64,000 bases of DNA from an uncultured archaeon (lineage in GTDB: Archaea; Thermoplasmatota; Penumbrarchaeia; JASLWR01), in contig CAYSHM010000010.1 of the NCBI GenBank assembly GCA_964430885.1, forward strand, positions 1-64,000, given 5' to 3'. The position numbers were made by a program, and so were the translations under genes. Under the pieces are notes generated by a model. That model searched no databases. It had not been told where the DNA came from and saw only the letters and a list, made by a program, of their open reading frames with translations. The first letter of the stretch is position 1. Every line of letters starts with the position of its first letter. Below, in pieces: positions 9,436 through 20,378 of the stretch.

Positions 9436-12400
9436 CTAATCCCAATCTTCTTCTCCGTCAAAGTCTTTATTCTGTAGGTCTTCTTCATCTTCGTCAGTCC
9501 ACTCATCTTCAGAATCCCAATTTTCCTCCTCCTCCTCCTTTACTCCGATATCTTCTTGTTCGGCCTCATCAACCATGGATTCGGCAGGTGAACTCTGCTC
9601 TTCTTCCTCTACTACTCCCATTTCCGAATCGGATGGTAACTGCAGATCAACTACTCCCGCCCTTCCCAAACCTTCAGTATCATCTTCGATAACTGTGGGT
9701 GGTGATTCCAAAATGACCCCCTCTTCCGCTGTTTCCTCTTCTTCTTCGTTTTCCTCATCCTTTTCCATATCCTCATCAAGTTCATCCGAAGAAATATCTT
9801 CTTCAGCAGCATCGCTCGATTCCCCAGTATCATCCTTCAGGTCTTCCTCCGATTCAGCAATATCTCCATCTGACTCTTCATCTTCCTCCGATTCTTCCGT
9901 ACGTTTCCTCATTACAAAGAAGAAGACAACAAGAATTATGATTGCAAGGACCACAATAATTAGAATTATCAATGTCCACGTACCAGAAGACGAATCATCG
10001 GTCCCGCTATCTTCCGTATCAGTTGTCAAACTTGCCAATGGTGAGAATATGGTTAAGTGCGTAATATTAGCCCATACTATCTTCTTATTCATATCCACGC
10101 CGGTATTAACACAAGGCGTCCATTGGGTAGTAGACGCATCCCAGAAGTATAGTTTCAGATCATCAACATCCATATCGCTTGGTACCATACTATCATCGAA
10201 GGGTACCTCGATGTAAATCCAATCTATCTCACCAAGTGTTATCTCGATAAGTAGTCCAAGCGACCTCTTGTCGTCAGGAATGGCCCCTGCAACATTATTT
10301 ATTTCATTCATATCTAGTTTCTTCAGAGTAAGTGTCCCGTTCCCTTTCACCTTAACTCTTAGTACAACATTTCCATTTTCATCCTCAAGAACAATTTCTT
10401 CGGTCTTATCTGGTGTTATTTCAACCTTTTTCACCAATTCATCCGTTGGAGTTGTCCCAGTAGATACAACAAGGGTGACAGACATACTTGCACTTGCACC
10501 CTCATCATCCTTTACAGTCAAGTTGACAATGAAGTTTCCTGCAGTAGTGTAAACATGTGTAGGATCCTTCACATGGGATGACGTTCCGTCACCGAACTTC
10601 CATGTCCAATTGGTGATATAACCTTCATCTGTACTTTGATCCGTGAATTTGATCTCATCTCCTACCTTGGGTTGAAGGGGCAAGTAGGAAAATGCAGCAT
10701 ATGGTATAAGATTTGCAGGGACCGCTCCTTCTGCATATATGCGGATAACTTTTGAGATATTCCACACATCCGAATCAGTATCAGCAGTTAAACTCACCTC
10801 CAGATTAACTGTATAATTACCCGGATCGAAATATGTATGATTGGTGGCATTACCTGTTCCAGTTGAATTGTCTCCAAAATCCCAATTGAAAATAAGATCT
10901 GACTCGGTTATATTCACCAAAGTGCTCTTTTGGATGAATTCAATAGATCGGTTTACCTCGGGTTTTGTTGGGTTGTATATGAAATCCGGTTCAATGTGAA
11001 CTTCTTTAGCGCTCTCTCCGGTCACAACCACGATCCTCGTTTTGGATGAAGACTCCAAATTGGCTCCTGTTATGGTCAAGGTGACCGTATAATCTCCGCT
11101 TGAGGGATATGCATGGATCGGATTCGGGACCGCAGTATCAGCTCCATCTCCGAAATCCCAATGCCAGGCGATCACAGGTATAACAGCTTCACCCATTGTT
11201 GTATTGGTAATATCTTCGAAAGCTATTGAATTGTTCTCACCCTGAGCAGGCATATAGTCGAAATCGGCATCCAGTACTCCTCTGGGATTGAACAGTATTA
11301 CATTCATCTCATCACTCACCACGGATCCGTAAATTGTCTCAACCTCAGCCATAAGAGTATAGTTACCGTTGGCTATGCCCAATGTGTTCCATTCAACACC
11401 CCATATCATATCCAAGGTAGGTGATGAGGAGGAGCCGATAAACTCCCATATCTCGAATCTTGTCTGTAAGGCTGATTTATAAAAAAATGAAGCCGAGACG
11501 GCCTTGCTGTCATAGGATTTAACTTCAATGGTCTTAATTCCGGTAATTTCTTGGTCATTTACCAATGAAATGAATTCTGGAACCTCCATGAGATCGATCC
11601 TCACAGGATATTTAACATAATTATTGGTTCTATTTCTATCCTGAGTGCAGTTAACGAAGAATATCAATTCAAAATTCCCTTCCAGGTTTAGATCAAAGGT
11701 CAAAGTTACATTCTCTTCTTCTCCAGGTACAAGAACATCAATGGTTTCCAATATGTATTTCTGGTGTTCCCATATACTGCCGGCTATTAATATCTCATCG
11801 ATGATCATCAGAGGTGAGGACTGCACATCCAGTACTTCATACTCGAATTTCATCCTGAACTGTGTTGAAATAAATTTATCCAGAGGGATCTCAACCCTTT
11901 CCCAATGGCCCTTGGCGTCATCAATTTCAGACCAAACCGAGTACGGATTCCATGTTGCTCCACCGTCCCTGCTGAAATGGAGTGCGCAGCTCTGAGCACT
12001 ATTTCGGAACCATGAGTTCTCCCAGAAAGTTAGGTAAGGCAACCTTACCGTGGATAGGTCGATTATTGGAGAGATAGCTGACGATATTTCCCTGTTCACG
12101 CCTGCATTCCGGGACCCATCGGTGTTCAAAGAGCTTCCGCTTTCACCAAAATCAAAATCATTGTCCATTGCCCAATCACCCTGAAGAATCCAACCCTTAT
12201 CAGAGCTGAAATTATCATGGAAAATAGTATCCAACCCGGTCCTTACTAGCTCCACACCTACCGGAAGATCATAGTAGGTTATGTTGCCCTGGTTCTTGAC
12301 TGTAACTTCGTACTGTACCTCTCCTGGCTCTCCTGTATGGCCCTTTTCAGGTGAACTGCCTAAAGGAGTAACCTCTTTGATCAGCACTTCACCCTCAGGC

Positions 12401-15400
12401 CCTTTAGCAACTATGGAGATGTTATCAAGATGCCATCCAGGATATGGATCATACCATACATTATTGGCTGCGGCATAATAGAAAACAATTTGAATTTCAT
12501 CGGATATGAAGGGTGTCAGATCATAGGTCACATTGACCCATTCATTGGAAGACTTTCTGTCATCCTGAAAACCCCAGAAATCCAAAGCCACTAACTTTCC
12601 CTTGGTTTTCACATAAAGTGCCTGCGTGGAATCATCGTCGGCATACAGCCAATGCCAGAACCGAAGGTTAATAAAATCATAACCAGTTAGATCGATCACA
12701 GGTGTTTCCAAAATTGAAATGGGGCCTTTCGTATCATTGCCAGATAGATTGGTGGCCCAAATATGAGGCCCGGGATTGTCATTTTCTGGACCTTCAGGCG
12801 GGAAATAGGTTCTGGAACCCCACTCCCAATCCCCTGTTCCATTCCAATCCTGCACTGCAGTATCGTTTTCCAGATCGTCCTCCCAGATCGTAGTTATCTC
12901 TTCCGGACCTATCCTTATTTTGAAGGTAATATTTACAGGGGGTGCAGTGGCATTAGGAAGGGCAGATTTAACAGATACTGTTATATTCTCCACATGACCC
13001 ATCTCCACTCCCTTTGGCACATCAACATGAATATTGAAGGTCCGAGGCCTACCCGGTCTGACATTCTCTATCTGATATTTTCCGGTGAAAAATCGGCTCA
13101 TCAAGCTGCCGGCTTCATTTGACATTTTGCATTGCCAGTTATTTTCCGAGACAATATCTATACCAATTGATTCTAGGGGTATGAATTTCGTCCAATTGGT
13201 TGCCAATGAAGCATTATCTGTTGTATTCGCATATATGGTGACGTTCATTCCCTCGATTTTCTCAGCAAGGTTTTCAATAGTGAAATTCAATGAAACCGAA
13301 TTTTTTGGTGCGGCAAACACCTCACCACCGGGATATTCCGGAGGAACCTCTATTACAGGATCAAAGGTAGAAGGTGTCCCCCAAATTGGCGGACCGCCGT
13401 ACCAGGCTCCACCAGCGATCGTATGCAAAGGCGGCATATTATCAGGATAATCATAGGGGTAAGCTTCGGTATAATATCCCGGTCGGTCTCCACGGCCTTC
13501 TATGGTCATTGTATGCGGGACATTGTCTCCGTTTGTAACATAATAATCAAAACCGCCCGAGGTCATTCCTGTATCAGGACAATAATCCATGCCTGGATTC
13601 TCTGAAGGGGTCCAGTAATCTCTATCAGGTGGCCGTTCATCAATTCTAGGAGCCCTGCAGCACTCGTAATCCTTTTCATCGGTCCATTCAAATTCAGCTA
13701 TGTTCCAATTCCTTGTCCAATCAACAAACTCAAACTCCGGAGTGACAAGTTTCATTTTGGCCCATATTTCTAGATCTATGGATAATTTCAAACCGGTTTT
13801 GATATGACCCATATGTGTGTTGGGATTACAATAATCTTCCACTCGAATATCCCCAACAGTCACCGTGAACCTTATTCCAGCTCCGATCTCCAGATAAAAA
13901 ATCTTCTTAATACTTTCTCCAACCTTTACCCCTATCAATAAAGTGATCTCACCCGTAGTGGTCAGACCTCCGCAGTCCTTCTCGAGTACTATCTTACCTG
14001 ATGCGGCAAGATGTATCTGCACTATCGGGAATGCAGGTATCGGTATGTCCACATCAGCGGAAGCAGTGGCCGTGAATATCCAGCCCAAGGGTTTCAGTTT
14101 TAAGCTAAGGGTTAGATAGTCACCTAATTCCAATTCCCAGGTAAGCACTTTTTCCCTAAGAGCATCATAGATCCAGTCCCGAATCTCTACAATACGGTCT
14201 ACCAGCCACTGTTCAGCTCTTAATACTCCATCCTTGATTGATTCAACTGCATCCCTGACCTTATCAACCAGCCAATCCGCTCCTGCCTTAAGCCAGTTCC
14301 AAGCTGTTTCATACCAGGCTTCTTCTCCACGGTTCTGAAATCCTCCATCGAACCAGATCTCATATACAACCAGGGTATCGCCATCTAGTTCACCTGTAGA
14401 GAGTAATATTATATCCAAACTCGTGTTGAATAATTTCTCCGAAGGTGCCTCTCCGCCGGACTCCACGAGATAATAATCACCCTCATTGTCGGAATAGTTC
14501 AGGTCTGTAATTCCTACTCCAAGATGAATGTTCAAAGTTTTGAAACCAGGCAGAACCAAAGCTGGAAACTCGACCACAACCTCACCCTTTCTGTTGTAGA
14601 TCTGCCAACCCTCAAGATCAAGTTCATTACCGTAATTTGTAAGGGAAATCCATTCCAAGCCTGCAGGTGCACTTAAATTTGCATCCCAAATCATGATCTG
14701 ATAATCATTAGTGGAGCCTATAGTCGGACCGTTTGAGAACGGCCCTCCATTAATACCCCAATCTGAAGGTGAATCAGTATCTGTAGAGAACTGATCGCGA
14801 CCGACGGAATCTCCAGCTGCGAAAGGGCCGTCAACAGCTTCACCAGAGTTCCAAATGGAATCTCCAAGAGCATCATCGGTCATGTCCCCTGAGGATTCGA
14901 TTCCCCAAGACACATAATCAACAATATCCCATTCATAGTAAAGGCCAGCAGCCCCGGAATTGTCTGGTAAAGCGCTATCCATTACCGGAAAATAATAATC
15001 CAATTTTCCATCATCGGACTCAAGATCGTTCTTATGGCTATCAATATTCATATAATCCACAAGATACAGGACAAAAGTGCTGTGGGACACCATAGTGATA
15101 TCAGGCAAATGATAAACACCTGAAGGCTCAATCTTGATCGTCCAGTTATGCATATCCACAGTTCCAGGACCGCTATTTCTCAGTTCTATTGATTCGTTGT
15201 TTATGTCATTACCGTCATCATTCGGAATACCTTTGAACACTATCTCGTTCAAAACAACCTCCCCGAAATCCCAATATTCCGGCCCAGTCTTGTCAGGATC
15301 TATGGTCTTCCTACCCAAAGCTGTTCCCTCGACCAGACCCAATGAGTTTACTGCTTCACCCATTGTCCATAGACCCAATTGATCAGCCCAAATCACAGCA

Positions 15401-15963
15401 AGCTTTTCTGTCGCCCCCGTTGATACTCCATCTCCCCAAACCAGCGCATCCTTAATATTATCCTTAGAGCTCATTCCGTTATAGAGAACCAAAGCATCGG
15501 CGGAATTATTAAAAATCTCAAGGTCAATATTGGTATAGAAATGTGCTTTAAGCCCTTCTTCAAATTCCTTATCGACACCTTTACCCAAGTGGATATTAAG
15601 TACCCCGTTTGGAGGAATTATCCAATCAGGAAGCAGCACATCAGCCTCTCCGTCTCCATTCGAAATTGTCCAGCCGGAGATGTCTGCATCATCGGTTCCA
15701 TTGTTTACAATAGATAACCACTCATTACCGCCGTCATCACTAACCGGATCGAACATGATCTCAAGTAATCTAACTTGCGATCCAACCGACCTCAATTCAG
15801 GGGTCGTGGGTTCTGGGATTAATTTTTCGGTACTGTGCTTCTTGATCTCACTTTTAATAAATTTATTCAGAGAGACCATGGGAATACTAGCAGTCAATAT
15901 AACTGCAGATATGGCAATCGTAAATAATACAAGTAAAATTTTCCTAGCTTTTTTGCCTTTCAT
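9436..15963 (-). CDS. Giant membrane-anchored surface protein (3 lamin-tail domains, CARDB/Ig-like and MAM-like domains, 3 PKD, C-terminal TM, acidic tail)
   Basis: 2175 aa with N-terminal signal. LTD signatures (LLEIMFDP...NEWLSIVNNG...DISGWTI; LNEIVF...SIELRNSG; EWISLTNYG...LEGWQI). PKD WDFGDG/WKFGDG three times. TM WTLIILIIVVLAIIILVVFFFV followed by RKR and a D/E-rich tail. Confidence 0.85.
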   Translation of the reverse strand: MKGKKARKILLVLFTIAISAVILTASIPMVSLNKFIKSEIKKHSTEKLIPEPTTPELRSVGSQVRLLEIMFDPVSDDGGNEWLSIVNNGTDDADISGWTISNGDGEADVLLPDWIIPPNGVLNIHLGKGVDKEFEEGLKAHFYTNIDLEIFNNSADALVLYNGMSSKDNIKDALVWGDGVSTGATEKLAVIWADQLGLWTMGEAVNSLGLVEGTALGRKTIDPDKTGPEYWDFGEVVLNEIVFKGIPNDDGNDINNESIELRNSGPGTVDMHNWTIKIEPSGVYHLPDITMVSHSTFVLYLVDYMNIDSHKNDLESDDGKLDYYFPVMDSALPDNSGAAGLYYEWDIVDYVSWGIESSGDMTDDALGDSIWNSGEAVDGPFAAGDSVGRDQFSTDTDSPSDWGINGGPFSNGPTIGSTNDYQIMIWDANLSAPAGLEWISLTNYGNELDLEGWQIYNRKGEVVVEFPALVLPGFKTLNIHLGVGITDLNYSDNEGDYYLVESGGEAPSEKLFNTSLDIILLSTGELDGDTLVVYEIWFDGGFQNRGEEAWYETAWNWLKAGADWLVDKVRDAVESIKDGVLRAEQWLVDRIVEIRDWIYDALREKVLTWELELGDYLTLSLKLKPLGWIFTATASADVDIPIPAFPIVQIHLAASGKIVLEKDCGGLTTTGEITLLIGVKVGESIKKIFYLEIGAGIRFTVTVGDIRVEDYCNPNTHMGHIKTGLKLSIDLEIWAKMKLVTPEFEFVDWTRNWNIAEFEWTDEKDYECCRAPRIDERPPDRDYWTPSENPGMDYCPDTGMTSGGFDYYVTNGDNVPHTMTIEGRGDRPGYYTEAYPYDYPDNMPPLHTIAGGAWYGGPPIWGTPSTFDPVIEVPPEYPGGEVFAAPKNSVSLNFTIENLAEKIEGMNVTIYANTTDNASLATNWTKFIPLESIGIDIVSENNWQCKMSNEAGSLMSRFFTGKYQIENVRPGRPRTFNIHVDVPKGVEMGHVENITVSVKSALPNATAPPVNITFKIRIGPEEITTIWEDDLENDTAVQDWNGTGDWEWGSRTYFPPEGPENDNPGPHIWATNLSGNDTKGPISILETPVIDLTGYDFINLRFWHWLYADDDSTQALYVKTKGKLVALDFWGFQDDRKSSNEWVNVTYDLTPFISDEIQIVFYYAAANNVWYDPYPGWHLDNISIVAKGPEGEVLIKEVTPLGSSPEKGHTGEPGEVQYEVTVKNQGNITYYDLPVGVELVRTGLDTIFHDNFSSDKGWILQGDWAMDNDFDFGESGSSLNTDGSRNAGVNREISSAISPIIDLSTVRLPYLTFWENSWFRNSAQSCALHFSRDGGATWNPYSVWSEIDDAKGHWERVEIPLDKFISTQFRMKFEYEVLDVQSSPLMIIDEILIAGSIWEHQKYILETIDVLVPGEEENVTLTFDLNLEGNFELIFFVNCTQDRNRTNNYVKYPVRIDLMEVPEFISLVNDQEITGIKTIEVKSYDSKAVSASFFYKSALQTRFEIWEFIGSSSSPTLDMIWGVEWNTLGIANGNYTLMAEVETIYGSVVSDEMNVILFNPRGVLDADFDYMPAQGENNSIAFEDITNTTMGEAVIPVIAWHWDFGDGADTAVPNPIHAYPSSGDYTVTLTITGANLESSSKTRIVVVTGESAKEVHIEPDFIYNPTKPEVNRSIEFIQKSTLVNITESDLIFNWDFGDNSTGTGNATNHTYFDPGNYTVNLEVSLTADTDSDVWNISKVIRIYAEGAVPANLIPYAAFSYLPLQPKVGDEIKFTDQSTDEGYITNWTWKFGDGTSSHVKDPTHVYTTAGNFIVNLTVKDDEGASASMSVTLVVSTGTTPTDELVKKVEITPDKTEEIVLEDENGNVVLRVKVKGNGTLTLKKLDMNEINNVAGAIPDDKRSLGLLIEITLGEIDWIYIEVPFDDSMVPSDMDVDDLKLYFWDASTTQWTPCVNTGVDMNKKIVWANITHLTIFSPLASLTTDTEDSGTDDSSSGTWTLIILIIVVLAIIILVVFFFVMRKRTEESEEDEESDGDIAESEEDLKDDTGESSDAAEEDISSDELDEDMEKDEENEEEEETAEEGVILESPPTVIEDDTEGLGRAGVVDLQLPSDSEMGVVEEEEQSSPAESMVDEAEQEDIGVKEEEEENWDSEDEWTDEDEEDLQNKDFDGEEDWD

Positions 15964-16206
15964 TTTTACATCTCCTTATTGAAATACGGACCAATATATT
16001 ACTCAGTAATATGAAATAGAGTACTTGAGGAATTTACATCTATATATTATTTTTTGGGTCCTTGGAGATGCATGATTTTTGATTATTGATATCTGCTAGG
16101 CGGAAATAAATTCAAAATATAGAAAAATCAATTAAGATTACCGCCGAGATGATATAAAACTGTAGGATCATACAATTAAAATCGGAATCAATCATTAGAC
16201 ATCCAT

Positions 16207-16833
16207 TTATCCCCTTACGAACATGTTGAACTTCTTCTCGGATAAAATTGTAGTATCAGGTCCATGACCAGTATATACAACGGTATCATCAGTGAGTGTG
16301 TAGAGCTGTTCACTAATAGATTTTTTTAAGTCTTTTGAAGATCCCTGGGGGAAATCAGTCCTTCCTACTGAACCTTGGAACAGGGTATCCCCCACAAAGG
16401 CTTCCTGTTCGTATATGAGACTGACACTGCCGGGAGAATGACCCGGTGTGTGGCGGACCTCCAGAGAAATATCACCCACCGGAATATCATCCCCTGGGGT
16501 TATGAACTTATCAGGCTGAGGGCAGTCCTGTATTCTGATACCCCACATCCTTGCAGTAGCAGAAGAGGTATTGAGAAGGAACATATCATCCTCATGCATG
16601 ATAAAGGAAGCTTCAGGAAATCGGTCCTTGACGCCTTTAACCCCTCCGATATGGTCAAAATGACCATGGGTAGCAATGATGTGTTCGAGTTCAATATCAA
16701 GTTTTTCAACTGTCTTGATGACCCGATCGGCATCACCCCCTGGATCAATTACGGCACCCTTTCCAGTTTTCTCATCCTTAATAACAAAACAATTTGTCTG
16801 AAGCAATCCAACTACAATTCTCTTAACAAGCAT
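16207..16833 (-). CDS. MBL-fold metallohydrolase (glyoxalase II/YcbL-like)
   Basis: TNC, IDPG, THGHFDHIGG, TPGHSPG, GDTLFQGSVGRTD, GHG. Confidence 0.92.
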   Translation of the reverse strand: MLVKRIVVGLLQTNCFVIKDEKTGKGAVIDPGGDADRVIKTVEKLDIELEHIIATHGHFDHIGGVKGVKDRFPEASFIMHEDDMFLLNTSSATARMWGIRIQDCPQPDKFITPGDDIPVGDISLEVRHTPGHSPGSVSLIYEQEAFVGDTLFQGSVGRTDFPQGSSKDLKKSISEQLYTLTDDTVVYTGHGPDTTILSEKKFNMFVRG

Positions 16834-16835
16834 GA

Positions 16836-18701
16836 TCAGTTCACCTTATCTATAGCATCATCATTTTGATCATTATTATTACCTTTGATACTGCTATCAT
16901 TTACCATTGACTTTTTTCGTTTCCTTCTTCTCATTAACAGGAAGATCGTGACCAGTATCATAAGCATAATAAAAGCGCCCATAATCATGAAAACAATAAC
17001 ACTATTATCACTAATATCAAATTTCCCCCCGTCAGCTTCTCCACTATCATCATCTCCCTGACCCGTATCATTATCCTTGTGAACCTGGGGGTTGCTCCCC
17101 GATTCAAATTCCTTAATATTGGTTATATTATCACCATCTGGATCTGCTTGGGCATCATAGGGCGATATAGGGTCCAGAGAATGTTCCAGCTCCCAACCGT
17201 CTGGAATACCATCCCCATCCGTATCTGGAATCTCGGGGTCGGTCCCGGCTTGATATTCTGCTATATTGGAGGCTCCGTCACTATCATCATCTTCACTGGC
17301 ATCATCCATGATTGGATCGGTACCCCAAAGTACCTCCCACTTGTCAGGTAAGGTATCATTATCAGAGTCACTGGAAACGGGATTCATATTTCTATTATAT
17401 TCTTCACCATTATCCAAACCGTCATTATCTTCGTCATTGAAATGATCTCTTTTAAGGGGGTCTAGGCCATACTTAGTCTCCCATCCGTCCGGCAATCCGT
17501 CATCATCGGTATCGTTATTTGAAGGACAGGTCCAAGCAAGGAATTCCTCCATTTCTGTAAGACCGTCCTTATCCCGATCCAATTTACCATCCGAACCATC
17601 TTCGGGGTCCAGATCAGTCCGGATCTCCCATACATCAAATATCCCATCATTGTCGGAATCAGTGGTGTCCGATGGATAATCATCTCCATCAATGCTGTAT
17701 CTATCTCCATCAGTGCTGATCATTATATCTCCATGCACTACTTCTAACTCATCTTCCGAAACATTCTGGGAACCCAGCTCCGTTACGTAAACGTTATCGA
17801 ACCAATTCTGTCCGCACGGCCCTTTCAATGATCGAAGATTATATATGACCTCGTCGCGCGGATGGCCGTATGAGTTGCTGGATCCTACGGAAACAACTGC
17901 ATTCTCGGGTCTCAGTTCCTCTACCATTGAATAGGGTGTGGAAGAACTGCTTCCATGGTGATCAAGGTGAATAACATCCATTTCGACCCCTCTTCTATTT
18001 AGATCACTAGCCACCATTGACTCCAGTGAAGCGGTCAGATCTCCGCATATCAGCATATCGAATTCACCGAAAACAATATGAACTCCAACACTTCTGTCAT
18101 TTTCATATAGTCCCCAATCCGCACTTGAACCTCCGATAATATTACCGTTCTCACACACAACCGTTGCCTTAACTCCGCCCCCAATATCCAATATTTCACC
18201 AGGTGTGGGGGTTCGCCGCTCCGTACCTGTATGATTCACAGCTTCAAGATAATCAGAAATATATCCTGTAGACCCAATATTATCATCGCCCCGATCCAGA
18301 ACATTCAGGATTTCAATATCATCATCAGTATCATAAATACCGTCCGATCCGGCAACCACTCGATCAATTCCACCGATGTGATCTGCGTCAAAATGAGTGG
18401 ATAGGAGATAATCCAATGTTTCGATTCCTTGGTCCTCCAGTACCTGAAGTGTTTCAAAGCCAGTCATACCAGTATCAATCAGCATGGTATTATCCGAAGG
18501 AGATATGATCAATGTGCTGTCTCCCTTGGATACATCAATGCATATTATTTCAAGGGAATGTCGGCGTGTCCGGTTCACATCATCCTGATTCATTTCTTCG
18601 ATACTTTTTTCTGAGAAGGCCGTATCTGCAGATATAATGAAAATACATGTTAATAATATAATTAAGGTCGATGACAGGTATATTCTCCTGGTATTATGCA
18701 T
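16836..18701 (-). CDS. Secreted, membrane-anchored ComEC/Rec2-type MBL hydrolase with Ca-binding DxDxDG repeats
   Basis: Signal peptide. DVSKGDS, LIDTG, THFDADHIGG, CGDL, HHGS, SVGSSNSYGHP. About 8 repeats of DSDxDG(L/I)xDxWE type. C-terminal TM followed by RRRKRKK. Confidence 0.82.
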   Translation of the reverse strand: MHNTRRIYLSSTLIILLTCIFIISADTAFSEKSIEEMNQDDVNRTRRHSLEIICIDVSKGDSTLIISPSDNTMLIDTGMTGFETLQVLEDQGIETLDYLLSTHFDADHIGGIDRVVAGSDGIYDTDDDIEILNVLDRGDDNIGSTGYISDYLEAVNHTGTERRTPTPGEILDIGGGVKATVVCENGNIIGGSSADWGLYENDRSVGVHIVFGEFDMLICGDLTASLESMVASDLNRRGVEMDVIHLDHHGSSSSTPYSMVEELRPENAVVSVGSSNSYGHPRDEVIYNLRSLKGPCGQNWFDNVYVTELGSQNVSEDELEVVHGDIMISTDGDRYSIDGDDYPSDTTDSDNDGIFDVWEIRTDLDPEDGSDGKLDRDKDGLTEMEEFLAWTCPSNNDTDDDGLPDGWETKYGLDPLKRDHFNDEDNDGLDNGEEYNRNMNPVSSDSDNDTLPDKWEVLWGTDPIMDDASEDDDSDGASNIAEYQAGTDPEIPDTDGDGIPDGWELEHSLDPISPYDAQADPDGDNITNIKEFESGSNPQVHKDNDTGQGDDDSGEADGGKFDISDNSVIVFMIMGAFIMLMILVTIFLLMRRRKRKKSMVNDSSIKGNNNDQNDDAIDKVN

Positions 18702-18936
18702 GGTCCAGAATATGTTTCGGGCGTATAAATATCCTTTTATCTCATTATATTCCCGGCCCTATACGGGAACAGATGCCAGGGATTGTAAAGTCAGGAAATA
18801 GGCTTTTATTTCAACTCTCAACAAAGTGTAAATATATCAGTAAACATATCATAATGCGGTTACTTTACCAACCCCAATAAGGATTGAATACAAATAATTT
18901 AATGATTGAAATAATAAAAAGTCAGGAGATATTGAG

Positions 18937-20277
18937 ATGTCCGTTTCCCCTCTTGAGAATCGATACGGAAGACCTGTGATGAAAGAGATTTTTCAGCAAG
19001 AGTCCCGTATGCGGTACCTTTTAAGATGTGAGGGTACACTTGCAAAATTTCAAGAGTACATGGGCGCGGTTCCTAAGGGGTATGGACTGAAAATATATGA
19101 TTCGGCCCTGTCTGGAAAAGTGACCCTAGAAAGGATTGCAGAATTGGAGAAAGAGACAAAACATGACCTAATGTCCCTAGTAAAGGCTCTTTCAGAGGCA
19201 GTAGGGGAACCAGCCAATAAGTATATACACCTAGGGGCAACATCCTCAGATATCCTAGACACGTCAACAGCAATTCAATTCAAAGATGCAAATGATATAA
19301 TCGAAGAAGCCCTTGACCATCTGGCCAGTGTTCTCAGGGACCTCACAGTAAGAAGCAGAGAAATGATTTGTATAGGCCGAACTCACGGGCAGTATGCCAT
19401 TCCCACCACTTTTGGTTTCAAATCCGCAGTGTGGGTCATGGAGATTAGAAGGCATCTTGAACGGCTGAAAGAAATGAGGAAAAGAGTCGAGGTAGGGAAA
19501 ATGTCCGGTGCTGTTGGTACTGGAGCTGGTTTCGGTGAAGATTCCTGTAAACTCGAAGACCGACTCATGAAGGAATTGGGTATAGGAAAGGAAGAGATAT
19601 CCTCCCAGATAGTACAAAGGGACAGATATGCGGAACTTATCTTCTTCATAGCAAATGTTGCCACGTCACTGGAGAAGATAGCCACTGAAATCAGAAACCT
19701 CCAACGGAATGATATCAACGAGGTGAGCGAAAGCTTTGATGCGGGTAAACAGGTAGGCTCATCAACAATGGCCCAGAAAAGGAACCCCATAACCTGTGAG
19801 AACATCTGCGGACTTGCTCGGATAGTAAGAGGATTGGTCATACCGGCTATGGAAAATGCCGTCCTATGGCATGAGAGGGATCTCACCAATTCATCAGCTG
19901 AAAGGTTCATCATCCCCCAGGCTTATATCCTCCTGGATGATATGATCCATAAAACCAGCAGAGTGATTGGAAAGCTGGAACTCTATCCTGAAAAAATGAT
20001 GGAGAAGATAGAAAGAGATGGACACAGATGTATGTCTGAATCGGTCATAATAGCCATGGTGGACAAGGGTATATCCCGGCAGGAAGCCCATGAAAGGATC
20101 AGATTGATCACCCATGATCAGAAGAATGAAAATGAAAACCTGGGACTGCGGGAATTGATATTGAATGACAGTTATTTGAAGGAATTATTTACTGATGAGG
20201 AACTCAAGGCAATATTGGACCCTAGTAATTATCTTGGGCATATCCAATATAAAATTAACAAATATATACTTAAATGA
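18937..20277 (+). CDS. purB: Adenylosuccinate lyase
   Basis: SPLENRYG, TKHD, HLGATSSDI, GRTHGQ, SGAVGT, signature GSSTMAQKRNP, HERDLTNSSAER. Confidence 0.96.
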   Translation: MSVSPLENRYGRPVMKEIFQQESRMRYLLRCEGTLAKFQEYMGAVPKGYGLKIYDSALSGKVTLERIAELEKETKHDLMSLVKALSEAVGEPANKYIHLGATSSDILDTSTAIQFKDANDIIEEALDHLASVLRDLTVRSREMICIGRTHGQYAIPTTFGFKSAVWVMEIRRHLERLKEMRKRVEVGKMSGAVGTGAGFGEDSCKLEDRLMKELGIGKEEISSQIVQRDRYAELIFFIANVATSLEKIATEIRNLQRNDINEVSESFDAGKQVGSSTMAQKRNPITCENICGLARIVRGLVIPAMENAVLWHERDLTNSSAERFIIPQAYILLDDMIHKTSRVIGKLELYPEKMMEKIERDGHRCMSESVIIAMVDKGISRQEAHERIRLITHDQKNENENLGLRELILNDSYLKELFTDEELKAILDPSNYLGHIQYKINKYILK

Positions 20278-20378
20278 TTTTTGAAGCATTGATCAAGGGG
20301 CTGGTTTCAGCCTAGTAAAATGAAATGAATACCAAGGGGCGTATCTCCAATTGACGAACGAAGATGAGGTGATTCCGC

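Noticed and set aside
9575-10552. Ser-rich + strand ORFs (213 aa, 94 aa) and similar ones at 28998-29744
   Set aside because: They are antisense shadows of Asp/Glu-rich tails of real minus-strand genes; GAA/GAT codons read as Ser/Phe/Ile on the other strand.
9352-16000. Integrated element at tRNA-Ala
   Set aside because: No integrase, transposase or viral genes, and no downstream duplication of the tRNA 3' end was seen.
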